DNA of 58,165 bases, counting the filler, from Circinaria calcarea (taxonomy: Eukaryota), in assembly GCA_051942165.1 (NCBI GenBank). It is 8 parts of 8 records of this genome, joined end to end, with 100 filler letters (N's around TTAATTAATTAA, not from the genome) between each part and the next. Parts side by side here need not be neighbours in the genome. Positions count along the whole stretch, not along the records: positions 36,464 to 43,639 come from JAVECS010001393.1; positions 43,740 to 50,904 come from JAVECS010001394.1; 6 more parts are not named here. The stretch is one strand, 5' to 3'. Shown piece after piece: positions 38,227 through 48,739 of this stretch. The notes beneath the pieces were generated by a model. That model saw only the letters and a program-made list of their open reading frames with translations, was not told the DNA's origin and ran no database searches. Position 1 is the stretch's first letter. The number at the start of each line of letters is the position of its first letter. Position numbers and translations under genes: made by a program.

Positions 38227-39575
38227 ATTCGACGCCGACCTTTGAGATGTATCTATCAAGGCCACGCGGAAATGTTCTCAATCTTAGGGATTGCTGCAGA
38301 AGGTAGCCACCACGCTATGGTATCGTGTGTGCAATTAATTGATCAACACATTTCAAAAGTCGGAATTTACTTCACGGTTACCTTTCATCGACGACTCGAA
38401 ACACCACCTATGGAGATGATCCCAGTATGCGGTCACGCTGGCCTCGTTTGGATAACTAAGTTGGAGGTAGAAATGAGAGGATTGATTTATAACACCAAGT
38501 CTGGTGACGAACTGCTTGCTGGTTTACGCTGCTCTATCTCCGATTGCCCTGGAGTGGATGACTGGCCTCGGTTTGCTGAGAAGGCATCTGGGCGTAACTC
38601 GGGCCAGTTCACAGCCATTGACTATCAATCTGCCTTTCTCCTGCTCAACTGTTGTCCAAGGCTGCCTCCATCCATAAGGGCTTCCCTTTAGGATACCGTG
38701 ACCCTTCCCACTTGTAATTGACGGCTCCATCCTGCACACAATCACAGGCCTCTACACCGTATCCTCGTCATGACTACCCCATTCTGATTTTGTTATTGAT
38801 TATTTCTCACAATTGGAACTGACAACCCAAGCCTACTCGCTTATTACTAAATGATTTCTTCCCTTGTCGAGGCTTTCTTTCCGGCCCATCCTGACCGCCA
38901 CGCATGTGTCTAGTTCCAGTCGAGCTCATCATCAGCTAGAGACTTAACTCCAGGTGTACGCTCCTCTTTATCAAGAAGAATGGCGCACTCTTCTCCATCT
39001 ACACCCCATTTCCCACAACGACCATCACAGTCCGCAACGGGAGTATCGCAAACGCAAGAATCTGCCTAACCAAGCATCATAGTCCAGAGACACCTTGGGT
39101 GCCGATTTTGGGATGTCTATCAACTAGCCATGTAAATTTGGAAAAATACCGAGATGAAGGGTGTGGGGAGGCCAGAGATTTTGGGACAAGTTATGGACAA
39201 AGCCCTCGGCCCACCTCGAGGTGCTCGTGGTCGGGATTATCCTGTTCATAGATGTGGAAGTTGGCCTCAAGTTGGGAGTTTTTTGAGAATGACAACTAAG
39301 ATGAAGTAGGGATCCAGGTGAATTTGATCTCTGTCGTGGTTTGGTATCACGCCAACATCACGTTTAGGCGCTAATTTCTCCCTTTATAGTCTTATTTCTA
39401 AATCTCTTCCCATCTTTGACCTAGTAAGGTCCCCTCCTTGGCAGTGTTTCGTTCCATCCATCGTGGGCCTTAGCATCCAAAGAATGCCTAAACACGAACC
39501 GGTATAGTTGTTCGAAGCTTTTGCTAGATTCTCCCCGGGGGTTTAACTTGCTTGCTTAAGGTGACTTATAATGGC

Positions 39576-40196
39576 TCATTTTCCGAAGGGAAAGCATCTT
39601 TCCTTCTTCCACCACCCCCTATGATATTTATAGAGCACCAATCCATCCACGGTCCCTTCACTACCGTGGAATTCGGACTTGACCCTCTCCATGCACTCCT
39701 TCACTTTTTGCTCATCCTCAACTTTATTCTGGATTGTATAGTGTGCTCTGAAATTTCCTAGATCCTGCTTGCTCAAGAAGTCACTCCACCTACCCTTCAA
39801 TTCCTCCCATATCTCTCTTACAGCGGCCTGGGGCGTTGTATAAGCTTCTATGCCAACGCCATGCGCAAGACGAAAGGGCTTTCCTGTGGCAATCGCAAAG
39901 GGTGCGATAGGAGATGTTACAGCGGCTATGTCTGACACTATTTGCTCCAGGCGAGATCCCGGAAGAGCACGAAAGAGGGCAATGTGAGCGGCAAGTTTGT
40001 TGATCGCGGGAGGAAAGTACTGATCTCTAAGAGCGGTAAGGGCCTCATGATGGGAGGGATCGGTACGGAGAGCTAGGATGTATGTTTCCTCGGTGGTGGA
40101 AGAGGTGTTGGGCTTATGGTCGGGGTTTCGCTCGTAGTTCTCTGCGGTGTAAGGGCCGGATAGTTGTATACGCTGGTGGGGAGATTTGATGGACAT
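39576..40196 (-). CDS. 2H phosphoesterase (2'-5' RNA ligase/LigT-like) family protein
   Basis: Two 2H-type motifs, AAHIALFRALP and RAHYTIQNKV, about 80 aa apart; intronless; start at 40196 or 40244. Confidence 0.8.
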   Translation of the reverse strand: MSIKSPHQRIQLSGPYTAENYERNPDHKPNTSSTTEETYILALRTDPSHHEALTALRDQYFPPAINKLAAHIALFRALPGSRLEQIVSDIAAVTSPIAPFAIATGKPFRLAHGVGIEAYTTPQAAVREIWEELKGRWSDFLSKQDLGNFRAHYTIQNKVEDEQKVKECMERVKSEFHGSEGTVDGLVLYKYHRGWWKKERCFPFGK

Positions 40197-40884
40197 GTTT
40201 AGCGCTGTAATAGGATGGAGAGATTTGCACATAGGAACTCGCATGCTGGTGAGGATGATATTCGACTGTCAAAATGAGGAGAGTTTTGGATACTTTAGTG
40301 ATAGAGATCCAGACGTCATTTCTATTAGGGTTGGAAGTTCAAAGAGGAATTGCTGATTGGTCTCTACGCCTAAGCAGCTCACCCTTCCCTGGCCAGGAAG
40401 GGCAGTTGAATCATAAATAGGAAAGAATCTCGGTCGTCTTGGCGCCGCTAACCACTGAAAAACAAGAGGTGATCCGTGCGCGATCCTCATGGCAGGTAGC
40501 CTTTTTAGGCCGAATCTGACCAATCGCAATAGTTCCCGGTATGTGATCCAAGCAAAACGCGGGGCATTGTCGTGCTGGCGGAGAATATCTACCCCTTCAA
40601 ACGAAAAATAGTGGGGGTGTCTTGGAAATCTTTGCAGGGGTGATCGATCTGGATGCGCTGTGATGATTCATGCCGTCCGAAAGGCCCTTACTGCCCCTGT
40701 TGAATTGACGACGGAAGGTAGAAGGACCGACTCGTCCAGGGTTAGCCCCCAAGTCGCCATAGGGTTGAGCTATCAGCCAGCAGTTCTGCTTCTCTGTTAT
40801 CTTCTCCCCATTACGTTACACTTGTTCAACTACAACTTATAGGAACATAAACCCAACAATCCCAATTCTCTCCATCACACAACT

Positions 40885-40933
40885 CACGACATACGACACA
40901 CGACACACGACACACGACACACGACCCACGACC
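40885..40933. repeat. Heptamer tandem repeat (CACGACA) x7
   Basis: cacgaca tacgaca cacgaca cacgaca cacgaca cacgacc cacgacc, ending 7 bp before the ATG at 40941. Confidence 0.9.
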
Positions 40934-40940
40934 GCTCACT

Positions 40941-41478
40941 ATGTCTTCCAACTCCGACTCCAAGGGCATCATCGGAGACGGCTCCGGCACAGGGCGTAGA
41001 CGGGTAACCTTGCTCTCTTCCCATGTCATACACTCTGTCCTCAACTCGTCGCTCGACAAGTTTAGCATCTTATCAAGCAGCGCTAGCCAATCCAATCACA
41101 TGTTGTTTTCCCTGTGTCTTCGCATCTTCCCTTCTAACCCCCTTGATACCCCCTAGCACTATAAACTCTAATATCCATGCTTACTCTGATTTATTCCTAG
41201 TCATCCGCAGGATCCGGTAAATTCGCCGGTTTGGTCGACCAAAAACGAAACTCCATCGACACATCTGCCGCAGCCCGCAAAGCCTCCTTCGTAGAGCAAA
41301 AACCTGCCCCAGGATTTTTTGGGGGAATGTGGGATAGGTAAGGCACCTGTTTACAATTTCCCCATACTCTACTTCACATGGAGAGCGGAGCTGCGAGAAT
41401 GGAGAGGCTGACTGTTTGGAATGACATAGTTTCATGAAGGGACATGGGCCTGCCGGGTCTGCTCCAGGTGCGAAATGA
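40941..41478 (+). CDS. Small 82-aa hypothetical protein (3 exons) rich in basophilic kinase sites
   Basis: Exons 40941-41003, 41201-41337 and 41430-41478 with GT-AG ends and CTGAT/CTGAC branch points: MSSNSDSKGIIGDGSGTGRRRSSAGSGKFAGLVDQKRNSIDTSAAARKASFVEQKPAPGFFGGMWDSFMKGHGPAGSAPGAK. Confidence 0.8.
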
Positions 41479-42443
41479 CCAAATACAAAGAGCCAGGGAG
41501 TAGGAGTTTGGAGAAGAGGCGAAATATGTTAGGCGCTACAATTTTTGATATTTTCGACGAGCGCGCTCAGAAACGGAGCTTTGAAGATCTGATTAGTGGA
41601 GAAGATCCAAGATTGAGACTTAATGAGCTTGAGAAATACAATTTCAAATCCGAATCCTTAATTAATCCATTCATTAGCAGACCTGGTAGATAGCGTGATA
41701 ACTAATCTTACTGATACGTGAGCCTGATAAGACGGATTGGACGCTTCACTTAAGCTAGGAAGGATTCACTATCAAGATGATCTGACTTCAGTCCTACTTG
41801 AGGAAAACTAAGGAAAACAGACAGAGGACGAGCAACAGAGGCATTCATCCAACAGGAGAGGTACTCTAGCATTCAAAGATAGCAATCGGTTATGGCTGTC
41901 GTGGACAACACCGTTCTCCTGAGCTCAACAGGCTAGTAAACAGAGGATATGTTATCATTTGAGGCAATCAGTACAGATTCTTAATAGAATGGAATTATAT
42001 AGAATCACTCGTCTTTTCTCATCTCACCTCATAAGGTAACCTAAGAAATTAGACACGCTGTGTTTTGGATACTGGTAGCGGAAACGGTCAATTTTGCTCC
42101 TCATCCCTGTCGTGCCTGTGCTTGTTTACTGTGGTCGGATGGGTATTTAGCTGTTAGCTCGCAATGACTTAATTGATTTTCGGCATTGGAGGAGCCAGTC
42201 AACAGAATAACCAAAAAAATTTAGTGGCTTTAGCGTAGAGCTAACCGCTAATACCCATTCCATCCGACAACAGTATTATGATGACGTCGGTCATCCGAAG
42301 TCATCCCAAAACCCAAGGCGCTTTTACACTATGCGCTCAACCATGGAACCAAAGTCCATGAGATTCACCATCCAAACATCAACCAAATCCACTCACTTTT
42401 CTAGACACGCCGTCTTAATAACCTCCATAAGACCGTTGATGCA

Positions 42444-43080
42444 ATGTCCTTCACAGCCAACCTGATCAAGCTCTACAGAGTGCACAAGTTGAAAATCCTC
42501 GCCGTGGGGGGAGGTATAGGTACTCGTCCCCCCATTTCCTTTTCATTCTTCTGTCACAAACCTCTTCGGTTCTCCATCCCGATGTGAATCTCCTACTAAG
42601 TCTAAGCACCCAGGCCTCGCTGGGCTACAGTATACCGACCTCAATCCGATCGGAAACCTCTTTCATACCCCGGGCGTGCAGAACATAGAGGGGAGATACA
42701 GTTCGGGGGGTGGGGCGAAGACCTATTTGCCTGGGGCCAGCACACCGAGGGGGAATTCGGAGGATGTGACGGGGAACACGGAGAAGCAAAGGGGTATAGG
42801 AACTGATAAGTTCCGCGAGGAGATCGGGGAACAGAAACCTAGGGTGAGTATCGGACATCTGCTGTTGTGACTCTTGAGTTTTCCGGTGTACAAATGGTGA
42901 AGGGAGGAGAGATTTGGAGGCACCTAAGACAATCCGGACTCATGAGTGCTATGTTTAAGTGGAAATATAATTTCTGGTTTGAGGAGATGTCATACAGTTA
43001 GCTAACTCTTCTGATTACAGCCAAGTGGGTTCGACAAGGCATGGAATTCGGCACACTTTGGGCAAGACAAGGGAAAATAG
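42444..43080 (+). CDS. Small 121-aa hypothetical protein (3 exons) with an N-terminal hydrophobic segment
   Basis: Exons 42444-42519, 42614-42843 and 43021-43080: MSFTANLIKLYRVHKLKILAVGGGIGLAGLQYTDLNPIGNLFHTPGVQNIEGRYSSGGG...PSGFDKAWNSAHFGQDKGK; second intron has a GTGAGT donor and GCTAAC branch point. Confidence 0.75.
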
Positions 43081-43519
43081 CTGTTGCAATCCAATTATTG
43101 CATGACCCTGGCGTTCTCGATGATTCTTGCCTGTTTTGACGAGCTCTACTCATTAAAATGTAGTATTTGGGATGGGACTCTGATTTCTAGGCTGCGTGTT
43201 GCTGGTACTTTTCTGCCACACGTGCAGGTGCATTTCCATTAAGGTTCCTCGGGCTTTTCTGCTGGATGGTGTTTTGCAGCACTCAATGTTTGTATCATAT
43301 ACGAACCCGAATCGACGATTAAGTCCTGGTAGTCTTTAGTCGCAAAATCCCAAAGTAATTTGCACATGTACATGGTTAAACGGCAAATCACCCAAGTGAG
43401 GCCTCCGTAATGTGAATGAGTTGATAGGCTGCTTTCCATGTCGTCAAGCAAGTGGCATATGCCTAGCTATCGGAGTGGAAAGCTGTAATGCCGCGACTAA
43501 AGTCTTCCTTCTACCATCC

Positions 43520-43639
43520 CTACGATCGGTCGCCACGTACGATACCCTCAAACCGATTTTTAAACCACTTGACTGTCTCTTGCTGGTTGATCCGATGCGA
43601 AGCACCAACTTTGGTCTGACACCGTCTCCGTTTCGCAAC
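43520..43639 (-). CDS. RPL11: 60S ribosomal protein L11 (uL5), C-terminal fragment
   Basis: Frame not in the ORF track: VAKRRRCQTKVGASHRINQQETVKWFKNRFEGIVRGDRS*, matching the eukaryotic uL5 C-terminus; the rest lies beyond the contig edge. Confidence 0.88.
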   Translation of the reverse strand, partial: VAKRRRCQTKVGASHRINQQETVKWFKNRFEGIVRGDRS

Positions 43640-43739
43640 NNNNNNNNNNNNNNNNNNNNNNNNNNNNNNNNNNNNNNNNNNNNTTAATTAATTAANNNNN
43701 NNNNNNNNNNNNNNNNNNNNNNNNNNNNNNNNNNNNNNN
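43640..43739. other. Artificial contig linker
   Basis: N44-TTAATTAATTAA-N44. Confidence 0.98.
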
Positions 43740-43945
43740 AGCCACAGCCACAACCACAGCGAATTGAATAAACGAACGGAATGATTCAGATTTCAGAGAC
43801 AAGGCAAGATTTGTACAAGCGTCCATATAGTATCTAGCCAAATATATATATCTCCTACAACGCCTGTTCCCTTTACCTCTCCCCCCTCTCTTCCCCCTCA
43901 CCCTCCGCAGAGAAAACCTCTAAGCCCAAGCATCCCCTCCTTCAC

Positions 43946-46272
43946 CTAACCCCCCGCAGAATTCGGCGAGAAATAAGCCGCTTGGTTCGTAACAAGCAAG
44001 CCGGCAATACTTGCACTGGTAAACGTACTTAGAGCGCCCGCAATCAGCGCACTAAGCGCCAACCGCGAGACATCCCCGCTGCGGGAGGGGGCGATTTGCG
44101 ACAAGACGCCGATCTGGATGCCGAGGGAACTGATGTTGGCGAAACCGCAGAGGGCGTAGGTGGCAATGAGATGGGAGCGCGGGGAGAGGTTGGCGTAGAC
44201 GGGATCTTGTTGAAGGGCGGTGTAGGCGACGAATTCATTCTGTTTTGGAGGTTGTCAGAGGTGAGGCTGGGTTATATGAGGAACAAAGGAATGATTGGGA
44301 AGGGATAAGGATTGAGGATTAGGGAAAGGGGGGTAGGCTTACAGCAATGAGTTTAATGCCGATTAGCTGGGCGACCAGGAAAAGATCACCGTTACGAGGA
44401 ACACCGAGGAGGAAGGCGATTGGATAGCAGATGTAACCGACGATGAGCTCGATGGTTAGTGGTGGGTTGTTGATATTCAGATAACGCCCCCACCAGGTCA
44501 ATAGGCCATCACAAAGACCCAAGAGAGCGATGATGCAAAGAAGAGTAGCTACGATCAACCCACCAATCTTGAGACCAAGCCATGCGCCATTTGCAAATGC
44601 GTGCAAAGAGTTTGCCGCGCGGTTTTCCTCGTCATCTGGTATGATGACACGACCCGCAGTCAATGTCTCTTCTTCTTCTGGATATCTGAGTTTGGAGATT
44701 GCAAGACTGGCCGGAATTGACATGACGCAGGATGAGACCAGTGCTTGGGCATTGACACCAAAGGAGATGTATGCGACCAAGACACTTCCAGCAATAGTCG
44801 CGAAACCAGAAGTCATAACCTGATGCAACTCAGCCTTGGTAAGATGGGCGACGAATGGTCTGATGAGCATAGCTGATTCGCCCTGTCCAATAAAAGGGGA
44901 TGCGGCCGCTACAACCGCTTCGGCACCAGAGACACGCATGGACCAGAAGAAGAAGACGGCAAACTTCTTGATGAACCATTGAAGCAGACCCCAATGGAAG
45001 AGAAGTTGAACAAAGGCCACGAAACTAAGGAAGCGTTAGCAAACCAAATCAATCGAGGGATTCACGACGGCCTACAAGATGATTGCAGGAATGACAGACA
45101 CCAGGAACCATCCTAACTCTGGAACGGTACTGGTGGTGAGGAACGCTGTTCCCTCATTGGCAAACCCGAGCAAATCCGTCGCGAGTCCGGAGACAAAGTT
45201 GAAAATATCGTCTGCCAAAGCGTCAGTGTTGAATTAACCCATGTCCGGCATATTAAACTTACAGCCTGCCGTGGTTCGCAGGACAAATAGGGCAATGAGA
45301 AACTGCACCAGCATGCCAACAATGACAGTATGCCAGTTAATCTTCTTCCTGTTTCTTGACGTTGCCCAAAGTGCTGCAAGGAAGACGGCCAAACCGAACA
45401 AGCTGACGGCACGATTGGAGCGAGTGTTGTCCTGACTCTCAGGGCTTGCGAACGCACCGACCAGTATGACCGCAACGACAAAAACCGCCGAGAGTGGTAT
45501 CTTGAGCTTGTCCGGAATAAGTGCTGCAAATCGAACCCCCGTATTCGCCCAGACCCAGTGCATGGGTTTGGTGACCACAGTAATAGGTACATAGAAGGTG
45601 ACGATGCGGATGGTGATACAGAGCCACAGGAGGAATGGGATGATCCAGTTGCGGTCTTTTCGATGGAGCACAAGACCCGCAATCCACCACCTATCCGACG
45701 ATTGTTAGCCCCAACTGTTATAATTTTGAAGCGTGGCCAGCCCATGTTGCTCTTGCGCTCATGAATGGCAAGAGAGTAGCAAGTCCATGAGCAGGCGAGA
45801 AAATCCCCAACACAGTTCCCCGGAGCGTACTCTGACGGGCCCAATGATGAACCTGATAATGGAAGGAGACGTACCCTGTGAACAGGATCCATATCAGGGC
45901 ATGAACAATGATCTTGGATATCCCCGAAAACCTCGAAAAGGTATGTGGGCGAGAGTCCTGCTCCGATACGATCGGGCTGACCATTCCTTTCTCTGCATCG
46001 TGGACCTCGACATGTGCCTTGTCCTCGTCTGGATGGTTTCTTTGGTGCGAGGTTTGATACATGGAGTCTTCTTGTTCTCGGACCGTACTCCTTTCAACGG
46101 GCGTGCCCTTAGAATGGACCACCTCGTCCTCCCGGCCTTGCACCGCATGCTGGTCACGGTGGAACTGGGCGTGATTGACGGGATCGGAGGTTGACTCTAC
46201 GTTGTGCTGAGGAAATGTACTGTGGATCTGCAGCGGGTCCGCAGTCACATTTCTGGGTTGCGGGGCAGCCAT
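43946..46272 (-). CDS. Concentrative nucleoside transporter (CNT/SLC28 family), multi-exon
   Basis: ATG 46272; multi-TM exons with INWHTVIVGM, SGAEAVVAAASPFIGQGESA, MTSGFATIAGSV, MSIPASLAISKL, NEFVAY and YALCGFANISSLGIQIG; stop TAG at 43946-43948. Confidence 0.95.
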
Positions 46273-46893
46273 GATGGAACAGAACAGCGCCCGGGGGAGG
46301 AGGATGACGATGGCGGTCAAATCGATTTTCACAAGTCACCGCGTGAGTGAAACACGATGCGACTGAGATCAATTGCAGACAACAGAATATGCAGGGCCTG
46401 GGCATTCTAACAGTCTTATGCATTTCCCCATGCACTCCCATTCCCTTTCCTTCTGCTCCATGCCGCGACTTTTTTACTACCGAGAAAGAGTCGATTCCTC
46501 CGATAAGACTCCCAAGTGGAGGCGAAACGACCGAGGGACCGGCGAACGCCGCATGGGGAAGAAAGATCCATAAGGCCATCCTCAGCTGCTTTAGCTTCAT
46601 GTATAGAGCTGGGATTGCTTCAGCAACCATTCGCCCCGACGTTATCAGTCTTTGCTTGGCAGACGGCGAGTCACAAAAGAAGAGGCTGCTCCGTACGGAC
46701 TTGCATGCTGGATCAGTCACCCTCTAGCGAAAAATCAGTGCACCTCACCCTGAAGCTCAGCTCTACAGATGCAAGCGCTTTTGGCCGTTTATCAAATACG
46801 GTAGAATATCCTCCTCGCTCCGCTGACTATCTGCGTGAGTTCAGGTCTTGGGAATAGAGCGAGAGTGCACCTGAATTGCCCAAAAGCTTCTTC

Positions 46894-47586
46894 TTATCCA
46901 ACAGACCCCACCCCAACCTGAACACCTCGATCAAAAATCTGGAACAGCGCCGACCCAAATTCATGATGGTCCATGAAATCATACAACGACAGCACTGCTG
47001 ATGCCAGAATCCCCCACGTCACTCTCCTGTTGTTGCTGTTCCAAACGTGGAGCTCAAATCCTCCCCAGGTTGCCCAGTTGAACGCTGCCCGGGTAGTGGG
47101 AGCCATGATACCGTCACCGTAGCCGGCGATGTGATCTTGAATGGCTAGGTAAGCACTTTCGAGAACTCTCACAATTCCCGGTTCATGTATTGCATTGCCG
47201 AAAGTGATAGACAAGTACGTATCGGTGGTGGTGGCGCACCAGACAATATCAGAGGAATCCCGGGAATGGCGGGATAAAAGATCACCAAGAAGTCGTGGGT
47301 GATTGCGTGCGGGTGGGATGCTATCAGGTCAGAGTGAGGCCGACAAGGGGTCTTAAGGGGAAAGAGACTGCTTCGCTTACGTTCCAGCGATCCGGAGTGG
47401 AAAGTTATCACAGACTTTTTTTCGCGGGGGATGAATTCTCGTCTTCACCCCTTCGAAGGTACGCGAGACATCTCTGCTGCTCAAAGCTGGCCTCAGTTCG
47501 TCGGGCACCACTGGAGATGGTGCCGTTAAGCCGAGGGCAGCAAACAGAGCCAAGGACATACCGAGAAGAAGCTTGATGGCTGACAT
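46894..47586 (-). CDS. Small secreted protein (210 aa), unknown function
   Basis: Signal-peptide-like MSAIKLLLGMSLALFAALGLTAP; an intron at 47321-47380 (GTAAGC...CTGAC...TAG) joins ORF 47377-47586 to ORF 46894-47214 in frame. Confidence 0.8.
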
Positions 47587-48739
47587 GTTGATACATTTGC
47601 AGTGAAGTGAAAGCAGGGATGAATCACAAAGGAAGAAGCTGGAAGCAGAGGGCCTATGTCCAAGTGGAAAGAAGCAACTGTAAAGACCCTTGAATCCATG
47701 CTATATATGCCCTGCCTTCTGTATAACCGGTCATCTCTAGTTGGGGCATCAGGTTGTAAAGATTTCTAACATAGTCTCCCTGAAAGTCCTATATAGCCGT
47801 CAAGGACTCGCACAGCAGAGCTAACCCATGCTCGAATCTCCACTCCATTTACTTAAGATTTGTGAGACTCAAAATTCTCTACGTTCTAAGCGCGACATGG
47901 ATAGAACACTTCAACCTTACTTACTCTTCGAGTCTCAGAGTTGAGTAAGTAAGATGCCTCGTGTTTTGCTGCTGCGGGATGTGAAACGTACCTGTCGGGT
48001 ATCCATTGGGGCGCCGCAAGGTGGGGGCGCATGTAGGGTGGCTGGCGTTTGAGAATGTCCTGTGGGCTGCTTGCAACATACCCAATGATTGAATCAAAAT
48101 CATCTATCCGGCCGAAGAGAGTGACTTTGGGGTATTAGTTAATGGTATCAAACATTTGCTGTCGGTATTCCGAGTACCATCTTCAACGGAAACAGCTGGG
48201 TAGAATGGTATCATCAAACCACAGGTCCTTATTCTTGAAAGGTCACTTACTGCAACATCTCCGTAGCATAGAAATAAAGAAGAAGAACTCTTATGGAACA
48301 GCTGATTGTATGCTAGAGGTACTCCGTAGAAATGGAGAAGAATAGTACTGCAGCACAGAACAAGATCATCCACCTATGGTGATTGGCTGCTTTAGCGAAT
48401 GCGACCAAAGGGACCCCTCTCGGACAATCAGAACAGAAGAGGCAGTTCATCTTGATTAAGGTAATCTTAATGGTAGAACTCTTTATAATGTAGCTCTGTC
48501 AGAGATTACACAGTGTCATTCATTCCTCTACTTGTCTTGACTAGTTTGGTGTGATATAGACAGCTGCGCGCTAGAAGAGGTACTTGAGGTGGTATTGCTA
48601 CGGATCAACAATCTGCATTCTCCAGATACCTTGCACTTTAACAACAGATGGTCTGCGAAATTGAATCATCTAGAATACTGTAGGCTTCTCGAAATAGACT
48701 TTTGCCTTTTCTCTGCCATTTCCTTCTTGGCCGATAAGC

